NCBI RefSeq assembly: GCF_964204645.1
Contig: NC_134029.1
Location: 17,230,950 to 17,294,949, forward strand
Reading direction: 5' to 3'
Source of the DNA: Tubulanus polymorphus
Lineage: Eukaryota; Animalia; Nemertea
Length of the DNA stretch: 64,000 nucleotides
Below the pieces are notes generated by a model that made no database searches, was not told the origin of the DNA, and worked only from the letters and a program-made list of their open reading frames with translations. Position 1 is the stretch's first letter. Every line of letters starts with the position of its first letter. The position numbers and the translations under genes were made by a program. Below are positions 11,112 through 22,469 of the stretch, in pieces.

Positions 11112-12544
11112 TTATTTATTTTTTATCATATTCACTAACCCAAAAATAATTGCACTTACAACTGTAATTAAAAATAAAATAATATGTTCAGCAGCAAAGT
11201 TAAGAATATTCCCAGCAGATTTCAATATAAAACCAACAATTGATGCAATAACTCCGGGTAAAGCTGCAGCAGATTTTTTAGATAGTTCCCATGAATATTT
11301 TGCTAATTTCTTTAAACCATCCTTAACTTTATCTTGTATAGAATTATTATCATTCGGGGGTTTATCCGGTTTATTGGGAGTAGGAGTAGATTTCAGTGAA
11401 TTTGATACAGCTAAACCTATTGTTGTAAATACCATAGTTACTGCTGTTAGAATTGAAAGAATTGTGATTCCTTCAAACTTAAATAATAATCTTATTCTAT
11501 CTTTCAATGATATTTCAGAATTTGGTTTAATTATTAAATCTTTAACAACAACTTTTAATCTATTAATACAATAATCATATGATTTTTTAAATAATTTCAT
11601 TTCTTCTTTCTGAAATTCTATGTTATATTCTAAATTATCAATTTCTTTTTCTAAATACGCATTTCTTTTTTTTAATTCGATTTCTTCAATAACTTTATTA
11701 TCTCCGATTCTTTTCTTGATTTAAATAATTCATCTTCTAAATTTCTAATTTTTAAATCTCTTATACTTTTATCATGCGCAAATTTATCAGCTTTATTTTG
11801 TATACTAATAATTTCTCTAATTGCTTTATCAGAAAATATATTTAAATCTTCTAATTCTTGTTTTGTTGCATCAAGTAATCCATTTGGTAAAAGTTTTTCA
11901 GTTTGAACTCCTCTTGAATTAGGTTTACTAGTTTTGGAAGTTATATTCTGTTCAGAAGTTGTTTCTGTTTCTAAATTATTATCGATTGTTTCAAATAATT
12001 CATAAATTCTTTGTTTAAATACTCTTTCATTTTTAATAATTTCTTCTTGTGTTACATCTTCTATTTCATTACTATTTCTTATTCTTTTAATTCTAGAAAG
12101 GTCTAACTTAAGCAAAGTTGATTCTGCTAATATTTTGTTTTGTTTTTTATAAGAGATATCAATATAATAATCATCTTTCAAATGATAATAATATTCACCA
12201 TCTAATGATTTTAATTCTCTTACTAAATATCTAGCACCTCTATCATTGATATTATATCCTGATCTTTCAAATATAGGTTTGAAATTATAAATATATTCAT
12301 TATATTCTAAATTTTGTTTTACTAAATCTGGATTTTCATTTTCAGGATTTATTCTCGATCTAGTTCTTCTATCAAATTCATCTGTTGATGGGCCTTTAGA
12401 ACCACTATCTGCTAAATTAGAATTATATGCTGATTCATTACCATCATCAATATTAGTTTCTGCATCATTATAATCATCATCAATATATCCTTCATTATTA
12501 TTTCCTATGCCTTCCATTTCATAATCTTCTCCACCTTCTGCCAT
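11112..12544 (-). pseudogene. Large acidic/coiled-coil protein with C-terminal multi-pass membrane domain; frameshift in a poly(A) run at about 11665
   Basis: ORFs 11672-12544 and 11112-11600 flank an A-run; three hydrophobic segments lie at the C-terminus. Confidence 0.7.
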
Positions 12545-12559
12545 TTACATAATAAAAAA

Positions 12560-13861
12560 TTAAAATTTAAAATACAATATTCCTCCTATAACAATTCCTA
12601 TACAAGTTAAAGCTAATTTAGTATTTTCATGGGATTTATTATCATCATTTAGTTTAATTATATCATGTTGAATATTATCAGTTTTTATATTTTCTGATGT
12701 ATTGTAATCTTTTATTTTAGAATCATTATTTAACTTAATATTCTTAGTTTTAGTTTCTGTTGATTGAATATGTTTTTTATTTTTTTCACCTTCCATTAAT
12801 TTTGGAGCGGTAATAATCTTTTTATTTATATCATTCAATCCAAATGAATTATTTATTGTTGCAGCTTTAATTAGATTGTTATAACCAATTATATTTCCCA
12901 TCTTTAATACTAAATCATTAGAAATAATTAATAGATTAGGGCCTATACAATAATTTAATCTAATATGTGATTTATCTAAATAATTTTGATATCTTACAAT
13001 GTTTTCTGGAATCGATCTATTTTTATCATTATGAATTGAATCTTCAAATAATACTTTGAATTGTTTCTGCGCATCGAATGAAGTGTTATCATTTCCAACT
13101 ATTGGTGATCTTGTTTCAACTTGTGCACCTAAAATACATATCAAATAAGTTCTAATAGATTGATTTATTCTTTGTATACCTGATTTTGTAAAACCTTCAC
13201 CATTTTCTAAAATGAAATTAACCCAACCATTATTATTATCAATTTTATAATTATGATAAGCTCCAATTCTATGCATATAATCAATTCTTTTTATTTCATA
13301 CTCTTCACCAACACCTTGCAATTTACCATGCGCTCTAAAATCGGAATTAATATTTATATTAAATTCATTACATATTTTATAAAACTTAGATAGATTAATA
13401 TTATTATCCAATTCTTTAAAATATTTAGACCCGGGTAAAGGACATTTTAATTCATTTAATATTATTCTGATTTGAAAATATGTGTGAAATCTAAATATTG
13501 TGTGAATTAATTTTAAATCAGAATACTTCAAGTTTTTATCTAAGTTATTTAAATGATCATTCCAACTTATTCCACATCCTGTTGTTGCACAATAAACAGC
13601 AAAATTTAATTGATTCTGCCAATATTTCATATTAGATTTTACTTTATATATATGGTATTCATCTCGAGTAAAAGTAACTTCATATGTATTAAATATATTT
13701 TCCATTTTAGAAATAAAAAACTGTGATTCAGTAACATAAATTTCTAAATTAGTTAATGAATTTAAAACTTCATTTCTATATGTAATATTTTTCTTAAAAT
13801 CTATTGCAGGAATATTATATTTAATTGATTTATTATATTGGAAAGCTTTTGGAAACCCCAT
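12560..13861 (-). CDS. Polinton 433-aa protein with C-terminal membrane anchor, function unknown
   Basis: Intact ORF ending LALTCIGIVIGGILYFKF; conserved in copy C (32376-33755). Confidence 0.8.
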   Translation of the reverse strand: MGFPKAFQYNKSIKYNIPAIDFKKNITYRNEVLNSLTNLEIYVTESQFFISKMENIFNTYEVTFTRDEYHIYKVKSNMKYWQNQLNFAVYCATTGCGISWNDHLNNLDKNLKYSDLKLIHTIFRFHTYFQIRIILNELKCPLPGSKYFKELDNNINLSKFYKICNEFNININSDFRAHGKLQGVGEEYEIKRIDYMHRIGAYHNYKIDNNNGWVNFILENGEGFTKSGIQRINQSIRTYLICILGAQVETRSPIVGNDNTSFDAQKQFKVLFEDSIHNDKNRSIPENIVRYQNYLDKSHIRLNYCIGPNLLIISNDLVLKMGNIIGYNNLIKAATINNSFGLNDINKKIITAPKLMEGEKNKKHIQSTETKTKNIKLNNDSKIKDYNTSENIKTDNIQHDIIKLNDDNKSHENTKLALTCIGIVIGGILYFKF

Positions 13862-13877
13862 TTATATAATTAAAAAA

Positions 13878-14312
13878 TTAATAATTAACTAATTCTTTTA
13901 ATAATTTATCTTGTTCTTCAACTGTTATATGACCATTTAAACTTATTATATAATCTAGTGTATTCTTCAATTTATTAATTTTTTTTATATTAGTTTTAAT
14001 TTTTTCTTTATTACTTTTTATATTTAATTTTGAACTTATGCCGGTTAAAACACTTGAACTTAATCCTAATACACCAATTGATATAGCTAAAGGTGTTAAT
14101 GGACTGAATATTGCTAGAAATGTTATTACAGAACTAATTGTAACTGAACCACTTATAATCAAATAATATATAATTTTACTTTTTAAATATTTTTTCTTTT
14201 TTATCTTTAAGTCACTTTCAAATTCTAATATTTGTTTTTCTAAATATATTTTTAATTTAGTTTTACTGATATCATGAGGAATGATATCAATATTATCAAC
14301 TTTATCTTCCAT
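13878..14312 (-). CDS. Polinton 144-aa coiled-coil protein with two predicted TM helices
   Basis: IIYYLIISGSVTISSVITFLAIF and LAISIGVLGLSSSVLTGI segments; homologue at 31931 in copy C. Confidence 0.8.
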   Translation of the reverse strand: MEDKVDNIDIIPHDISKTKLKIYLEKQILEFESDLKIKKKKYLKSKIIYYLIISGSVTISSVITFLAIFSPLTPLAISIGVLGLSSSVLTGISSKLNIKSNKEKIKTNIKKINKLKNTLDYIISLNGHITVEEQDKLLKELVNY

Positions 14313-14331
14313 TTATTTAGAAAAAAAATTA

Positions 14332-14752
14332 CTAATTAGTAAACTTATAAGCAACAAATATAACAATAACTGTTCCCCCTAAAATCCATATTATTTCATA
14401 TTTCTTCTGTTCATTACTTGGGGTATAATAATCTGATATTGTAGGTTTATGTAGATGTAATTTTTCTTTATTGGTTACCGCGTTATATAAACTCATTGCA
14501 TCATCAACTGATTGAAAATCTCTGTGTGAAATCTTCTGATCATATAATTCTTTATTGATGTAATCCATATAGTTTTGTCGTTTTTCTCTGTATTCTTCCG
14601 CTGCTTTTTTGTATTTCTCTAACGCTAAGTTGTCTTTTTTGTTCTGTTAATGATCCATTTTTATCAATATGCTTAAATAAATAACCACCACCAGTAAATG
14701 CTAAAGCGTTAACAATTGCCGATCCTATAATAGTTATAATTGCAGAAGCCAT
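14332..14752 (-). pseudogene. Polinton protein of about 140 aa with hydrophobic N- and C-termini, frameshifted
   Basis: The two halves correspond to the intact 31457-31879 ORF in copy C. Confidence 0.8.
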
Positions 14753-14776
14753 TTATTTAGTAAAATAATAACGCAT

Positions 14777-14998
14777 TTATATGGGAGGAATATATTTTTG
14801 TTTTTCTAAATAATCAATAGTTAAATTAGATAAAATAACTGCTAATGTTAATTTTAAAATATCATTTATATCAAATCTATCAACATTAACACTTCCCATT
14901 TTAAATAATTTTTTTAATACCATTGAATAACCAACAGTTCCAACTGATAGTAATGCTACATTATATAATCCAGTTATTATCCACTTATTATCACTCAT
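14777..14998 (-). CDS. Polinton 73-aa hydrophobic protein
   Basis: Open here and at 31215-31442; two hydrophobic helices. Confidence 0.75.
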   Translation of the reverse strand: MSDNKWIITGLYNVALLSVGTVGYSMVLKKLFKMGSVNVDRFDINDILKLTLAVILSNLTIDYLEKQKYIPPI

Positions 14999-16100
14999 TT
15001 ATTTATCAAAAAAATTACTATCTTCAAAATATTTAGTTATCTTATTTATGATTAATTCAACATTTATTTCATTACTAGTTTCATTTGTATATATTTCAAT
15101 TATTATTTTTTTAATATCATCGATGATAAAATCTTCATCTAATTCATAAAATCTTAAAGATTCTCTAATTAAATTAGTAATCTTTTCTACATTAAAAGTT
15201 TCTTTATCTATTGTTGTTTCATACTCAAATGTTGTTTCATTAGAAAATGTAATATTTTTGATATGTGTAATTACATCATTAACGTTAAATTTCATTTCTT
15301 TCTCATGTTTAAGATCAAACCCAAAACATATACTCGGCCCAACAGTTATATTCATTTATATAGTGAAAAAATTACTCTTTACATCTTATAAATAATTCAT
15401 ATATCACAGGAAAGTTATTCAAATCAATTAAATAACCATTATGATTTCTTATTTCTAATTTAAAATTATTAAATTTAGGAATGCAAGGTTTGAAATCACA
15501 TTCAGTTAAATTATAATTTATTTGAGTTCCAAATTGTTTAACATTTTTTAGCGGTAAAATATTAAGTATACTAGAACTAAAATTGTTTCTTTAGTTGTTT
15601 CGAAAGTTTTTGTAGGCTCGATTAAATTGCAATAAATATAAAAGTGTGTAAAAGGTATTATATTTGAGCTGCCTTCTGCGTTTCCAGTAACTGTAAGAGG
15701 TTTAATTCCTAACATTTTAGCCAGTGGTTTATGTTGTTCATTAGATATCTTTATTCTAATTTTATTAGTACTATCAATTTAATTTCAAATACAGAAGTGC
15801 CCCCGATTTTCAACCGAGCTCTTCTATTAATTTCCTGCGCTAATGATTCTAGATTATATAATCCTGGTTTTAAAAATATATGAAACCATTTATCTTTATT
15901 TCTCATATAAATCATAAACCCTCTATGTTCAAAAGTTTATCCGATATATTATAAAATGAATTACATAAACTTATATTAACTAATTTTAAATCTACACAAT
16001 TATTGAATTCTCTATCTAATTGTACTAGTAAATTATGTGATTTATGATTAGTAAGTCTTCTAGAATCAACAAATATTCTGTATTCTTTTAATTCTACCAT
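14999..16100 (-). pseudogene. Minor capsid (penton, single jelly-roll)-like protein with C-terminal extension; several frameshifts
   Basis: IFVDSR..., LKLVNISL.NSFYNI, LKPGLYNLESLAQEIN, FYIYCNLI and KLEIRNHNGYLIDLNN match the usual polinton penton pattern; copy C links this domain to TVGPSICFGFDL. Confidence 0.7.
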
Positions 16101-16117
16101 TTATTTTACATATTCTC

Positions 16118-16471
16118 TTATTCGAAATCTATTTCATGATGCCCCTTTTCATTCTTACCTTTGTATACGAAATAGAAATCACCAGAACATAATTCTTCTA
16201 AGTCTTCACTTGATAATCTATGAAATCTATCCGGTAAATATGTTCTGAATTTATGTGTATTTCCTTTTAATCCTTCATATTCTAAGTGTATAACTAATTT
16301 ATCTCCATATTTGTTAGTAACTCTATCAATATTTGTAATTAGATATTTCTTATGGATTGTTAATTCTGTTAACTTTTTAAATTTATAATCTACTGATTTG
16401 ATATTTGAAGTATCTTTTATTCTATCTAGAAATGATTTGTTGTTCTCACTGTGTGTTTGTTTACTCTCCAT
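16118..16471 (-). CDS. 117-aa protein next to pPolB; candidate OB-fold ssDNA-binding protein
   Basis: Intact ORF with beta-rich KKL.EL...Y.I....V.NKYG.KLVIHL...TYLP.RF pattern and acidic end; the function is inferred. Confidence 0.55.
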   Translation of the reverse strand: MESKQTHSENNKSFLDRIKDTSNIKSVDYKFKKLTELTIHKKYLITNIDRVTNKYGDKLVIHLEYEGLKGNTHKFRTYLPDRFHRLSSEDLEELCSGDFYFVYKGKNEKGHHEIDFE

Positions 16472-19091
16472 TTATAATACATATTTTTATTAAAATTTGA
16501 TTAACACGTTAGAATTCTTTTCATTATCTCGTTCTCTTTTGTTTCTTCTCTTTTAAATTTTAAGTATTCATCTAAATTGCAACCATAAGCAACTGTATGA
16601 ATTCCATCATCCAGAATATATCTTTTATCATCAAATGGGTTTAGACTTATCTTTTCAATTTCTTCAATAAACATTTCATGATCTTCAGATCTTAAACATC
16701 TCATCTTATGTTTTCTAACTTCTTCATTGAATATACAATTGATGTAATCTTTGAAATGAATATTCTTTTCTACTACATTTTTGGTTATTCCTTTTTACTG
16801 TTTAGATTCATGTTCTTTAGTTTTATATGAATACATTTTAGATTTAATACCATTGAATTCAATCATTTCTTCACCGCCTAATTCATCTTTGAATTTACCG
16901 GGAACTTTTTTATTATCATTGCTAAACAATTCATGATCTTTAGGATAGTTACTGAAATCAAAATGATGTTTTAATGTTTTTAAATCATCAGTTATGTTAT
17001 CAGTTTTTATCTTTAATATGTAACTGTCAGTATCAAAATATAATATTTCTATATGTTTTTCTCCAAAAAGTGGTTGTAATACATTATAATAGAATTCATT
17101 CATTAGTAATTTTGATAATTCTAAAACTGAAGCGCCAACATAGATTGGTTTATTAAATTTCATTGATGTTCTTCTCATCTTAACTGCAGCTAAATTTTCA
17201 TCAAATATTCTGTTACCAATGAACTTAGGATATGATTGTAAATGTCTAATTCTTTTACCATTACTAACTAACTCAATATCATTTCTATTTCTAATATTTT
17301 CACAAGTCTTACCATAGAATGCATTATTCATTAACTTGAAGAAATCTTTCTCGAAATCAGTTTTAGTTTCAGTTCTCTGTTTGGTGTTAAAATCTATATA
17401 TTTTTCTAACCACTTAGATTGACTGAATGAAATATATCTATGTACTTTTTTTAGAATCATTCCTTGTTTTAGATAAAACTTTAACATTCTGTAATGTACT
17501 ACATAATTATATTTATCTTCTTGAGTTACCATTTACTTTTCATTATGAATAAGGTTTTCGGGTTTAATTCTTTTTTGATAATTTGATAATTCTTCATGAG
17601 TAACGGTTTTATGTTCGGGACAGTATGCTAGATTTCTAGATTTAAATTTAATATGTTCAGGATATTCTAAATCTACAACAAAGAAGTAACCAGTATCTGA
17701 ATCATCTGCAATATCTAGAATTCTTTTCTTCCAATCAAATTTATCATTATTTTCATTCTGTAAAACTTCACTTATTTCAAATACTCCATAAGGTTGTGGT
17801 TCCATCATTGCCCAACCATAAAAATTATTTGCATCTATATATAATAACTTATATCCAGGGTTATCATTTACATTGAAATATCTATCACCTAATACACCTG
17901 AAACTCCTCCTCTTATAGATTTTTCAAATAATAATAATTGATCTATATTTGTTAACAAATCCATTTTTATATCTGTAAATTTCAATCCACAATCCCATGT
18001 TAAACCTGGTGATGAATAACAATGACATGGATCAATATTGAAATATTTTAGGTTTACATCTCTAAACCTTTCGAATATATCGGTTAATAATAATACATCT
18101 GATTTTCAATATGAATCTACTAATTGCCCATGATTTTCTATTTTGAAATGATTCCAAATATTCAATGTTCTATTATAGACTTCATCTTTAACATATTCAT
18201 TTTTTAATTCATCATAAAATTGTTCTTTTAATAATTCAGTTATATTATAATCATTATGTGATTTATAAAATGAATATGGAATTGCTCCTTTATATCTCAT
18301 TAATTGAAAATCATCATTATTTGGATAGTGTTGTTTTAATATTTTTAATTCATCATCAACTAATGATTTTGATAAGTTATCTAATGAACTATTTAAAAAT
18401 CTATATGAATCTATAAATCTTAGGCAACCAAATTGGAATGATATATAATTCTCAGATGTTTTAGCTAACATTCTAAATTTATAAGTTGGTATTTTATCTT
18501 TTGATCTATTTGAATTTAATCTTTCTATTTCATTATTAATTTCTTCTATTTTATGGCATAACTGTTTGATGAATAAATGTGCATCATATCCTGATAGATT
18601 ATGAAATATAACTGGTACAAAATTAATTTTCTTAGCTTGTAAGTTACAATTCTCATGTGCAGCGCCTCTAAACTTTCCGTTCAAATGATCATGGTCTCTT
18701 ACTTTTTTATCTTTAAAATCAAATATCTTTTCACAATAATAACATTTATCTGCAAACGCAAATTCTTCTTTATCTTCTTCTGTCATTATAATTTCTATAT
18801 TTGTATTCAATAATTTACTAAATCTTATTTCATATTCAATTAATAAGTCACAAAAATGATTGATAACATTTTCATTTCTATAATCATAATATTCACTTTC
18901 AATTAGTTCTGGATAATCAGATTGTATATATAACCCGAAAGCAGCAGCTGATTGATGAATCTTTTTAATAGTATTTGTTTTTGGTGGTTCATCTGAAAAA
19001 TCATTTTCATTAGAATTTAATTTCTTTCTTTTATAATATATTTCTTTTCTATCTTGATCAGTTAATTCTTTATTTAATGATTCAAAATCTC

Positions 19092-20076
19092 GTTGATGTA
19101 TGTTCATCTATTCGGGTAATATGAATAGTATCCTAATTTGAACCGTAGGAACTCCGAATATTTAGCGAAACTTACTTGAGTATACAGGAAAGACACTCAT
19201 ACCGACCAGTACCTGAACTTCAATAGCAACCACCCCCTAGAACACAATAAGGGTGTTGTGAGAACGTTGAACCACAGGGCGGAAAGTGTCGTATCGGATC
19301 CAGTGGATAAGTTAGAGGAGGTCAACTATGTAAAGAAGGCTCTGAGTTTTAACGATTATCCTGCCTGGATCACGTCACCGAACCCATGCAAACCGGCTAA
19401 TAATACTAAGGAAGCTACACAATCCGAAAGGCGGAAAGTCGCTCCCGTCGTGATACCATATATTAAGGGTACCTCAGAACAGTAACGTCGGGTTATGAAA
19501 CGATACGGAGTACCGGTGTTCTTCAAACCCATGAACACTCTACGGCAGATTTTGGTTAGACCTAAGGACAAACTGGATAAATCGAGAGTAGTGAGTCCGG
19601 TGTATCATATCAAGTGCGAACAGTGTAGTGACTCGTACGTAGGTGAAACCGAACGATCCTTAAGAGCCAGATTCGGGGAACACAGACGCCCCAGCTCCGT
19701 TACGTCAGAGGTGTCGAAACACCTTCATGTCGACCAACCGGGTCACACAGTTGACATCGACAACGTTAGGATTCTCGGTGTTGAACCCAGATGGTTTGAG
19801 AGAGGTTTCAAAGAAGCAATCCACATCCGTACATTGCACCCTTCTCTCAACAAAGACGGGGGCCGTTTTCATCTCCCGGCCGTCTGGAACAACGTGCTGT
19901 CCCGTTCTATGGAGGGGGGCACACACACAGCTGATTCTCGAGGGAATACCGGAATCCCGGATAACGTCAGCAGTGACATCATCAGTGTGATCAAGCCTGT
20001 AGGAACAGGCGAAAGCTAACAAGTAAGTTTCGCTAAATATTCGGAGTTCCTACGGTTCAAATTAGGATACTATTCA
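19092..20076 (+). mobile_element. 5'-truncated Penelope-like retroelement inserted in pPolB
   Basis: GC-richer island. Reads VYRKDTHTDQYLNFNSNHP (RT thumb region) and VYHIKCEQCSDSYVGETERSLRARFGEH (GIY-YIG), with a stop at 19483. A 57-bp perfect inverted repeat lies at 19122-19178/20020-20076. The target duplication attcaaaatctc at 19080-19091 and 20072-20083 partly overlaps the repeat. Confidence 0.93.
19987..20017 (+). ncRNA. Degenerate minimal hammerhead ribozyme motif of the Penelope pLTR
   Basis: gtgatca-a-gcctgt-agga-acaggc-gaaa-gct has a perfect stem II followed by GAAA; the CUGANGA core reads GUGAUCA (2 mismatches). Confidence 0.55.
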
Positions 20077-21740
20077 AAATCTCCATATATAACAAATGGT
20101 ACTTTATTTTTGTAATCATATTTTTTGAATTCTAATATTTTATCTTTTTCATTTGGTAAAACTAATTTACAATAATCATGATTTTCACATAATTGTTTAT
20201 GATTTAATTATGTACTTTCACTACTGAATCTATGTAAACATTTTCTACAAAGATATATTTTAGGGTGATCATTTTCTGATTTAAAAAATAAATCGATTTG
20301 TTTAATCCACATATAATGATTCTCATAATATAGTATATCTATAACATCATTTGAATCATAATCTTTTGATAGATATAAAGGTTCTAATGTATAATGTTTT
20401 ATATTGTTACCTTTTGTATTTGGTAATTTGATTAAATCAAATACATTTATTCTTAAATTATTATCTCTTTCTATCTTTGGGACGTTTTTAATTCTAACAG
20501 GATACTTATCTATCTTATAATTATTTTCAAATGGTTTATAATGAGTTAATCTAAAACTATGTTGTTTATAATCTTCAACTGGGTGTAAACAACTTATTAT
20601 AGCCCATAGAAAACATTTATCATCTTCATTTTGTACATTTATTACAGCATTAGTTTTAAATGGTAGTTTAATATAACTCGATGCTTCAATATCTGGTTCT
20701 TTATAATATGATACATTATTTTCATCAATTGGTTTTGATTTAGTTAACTTATTATATTTTGTGTTATAAACATGTAAAGTCATAAATATTATTTCATCAA
20801 ATATTAAACCAGATCCTTCAAAATATTTCTCTTCTATTTTAGTTTTTACTTCATTATAACATTTATCTAATTTATCATCTATATGTTGTTTATATATAAT
20901 ATGTTGTGAATGAGAATTTATATTATATATTGGTTTATCTTCAGATTTTATAAACTTTACTTTAACTGATATACTAATTTTAGGATATTCAACATCTGTA
21001 ATTATTTTTGTTATTTCTTTCATATTTTCTAAATGTTTTTTCATTTTCTTCTAATGTTTTTCCTTTATGAAATTTAAACTCGATAGCTGCTGGGCCAATA
21101 TCACTTTTAAATGCTTCGGTTATCTCTATATCTTTTTTATTATCTAATGAATTAATATATTTTCTTACATCTTCCATATATGGTCTTTTATTGTTTAATT
21201 TATTTTTTATGCTTTTAATTGTCTTCTGTTTCTTATCATTATCTTTATCAAAATAATCTTCACCTAAAATAACATTATTCATATTTCTAATATGACTTTT
21301 AGATTTTAAATGTTCTTTATAATATCTTTTATCACTGAATGATTGATTACATGTATCACATTTGTATGTTTCTTTTTCATTCTTTAATTCATCTAATTTA
21401 GTTTCTAATATATCATCTTCATATTCTAATTTCAATTTATTCTCTAAATGTGTTTTAGTTTCATTGTGTCTTGCTTTTTGGGATTTATCTATATTGATAT
21501 TACATGTTGGACAGTAGTACTTATTTGCTTCCATTTTAATGCTAAATTTTTTATTAAAATTGATTTTAGAAGTTCAATGATTTATATCATGCATTATTTC
21601 AATCACACTTTACTAACACTTTTAATGTTTAAAAATCTAACTCATACAAATATGAATATTGAAATAATGTTGTAAATATATACTTTTATATTGAATAATC
21701 TATCAATTTAAATGTTATTCATATACATGATTATTTTAAG

Positions 21741-22140
21741 AGTAATAGGGGTAATGGGCTTTCAGGTTAAAGGTTGAATGGTCGAGTTCATTAAAAACAA
21801 ATATTAAAAGTAATTTAAAACTATAATATATTTTCATAACCGTGTGTATTTCAGTTGAATAATAGAATAATTATTATTATTAAAATATATTTGATTATAT
21901 GAATTTGTGTATTGTAAATAAATCAATTGGTCGCGAAGCGGAGCGGCAGCGAAGTGGAGCGACCAATTGATTTAATACAATATGCTTTTAAAATTTAAAT
22001 TATTGATATCGTAGAATAAATATTTAGTTATAATATAAAATGCACACGGTTATGAAAATATATTATAGTTTTAAATTACTTTTAATGTTTTATTTTTTAA
22101 TGAGCTCGACCGTTCGACCTTACCCATTACCCCTATTACT
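21741..22140. repeat. 400-bp imperfect palindrome in the Polinton terminal region
   Basis: Pairing arms are 21741-21758/22123-22140, 21803-21846/22043-22086 (44 bp perfect) and 21919-21934/21959-21974 (16 bp perfect). Confidence 0.92.
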
Positions 22141-22237
22141 TATATCTATATATCTATTTATAAGTGAGCTCGATCGCCGACCTCTGGCCTGAAACCCCAC
22201 TTTTCTAATTACTTTTATATGTTATTCATGTAAATTA

Positions 22238-22347
<110 letters not shown>

Positions 22348-22469
22348 GAGTAATAGGGGCTTTCAGATTAAAGGTTGAAAGGGCGAGTGAGTAAAAAATG
22401 AAAAAATATGAAAATAACAATAATTTCTGTTTGAATTAGTAGCGAAACTCATGAAAAATAAATTCGAGC

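Larger units (their letters stand above)
16501..21534 (-). pseudogene. Protein-primed family B DNA polymerase (pPolB) with N-terminal zinc fingers, OTU-like protease motif and endonuclease VII-like insert; frameshifted and interrupted by Penelope
   Basis: YGDFE (ExoI), FHNLSGYDAH (ExoII), YIDANNFYG, KLMNNAFYGKT, YFDTDS and SKMY; also NEDDKCFLWA...HYMWIK and CYYC..VRDHDHLNGKFRGAAHENCN. Confidence 0.95.

Noticed and set aside
11056-11574. 172-aa plus-strand ORF and similar antisense ORFs (813-1001, 2533-2766, 19705-20022, 49465-49806, 54482-54898)
   Set aside because: These are shadows of real genes on the opposite strand and carry no motifs of their own.
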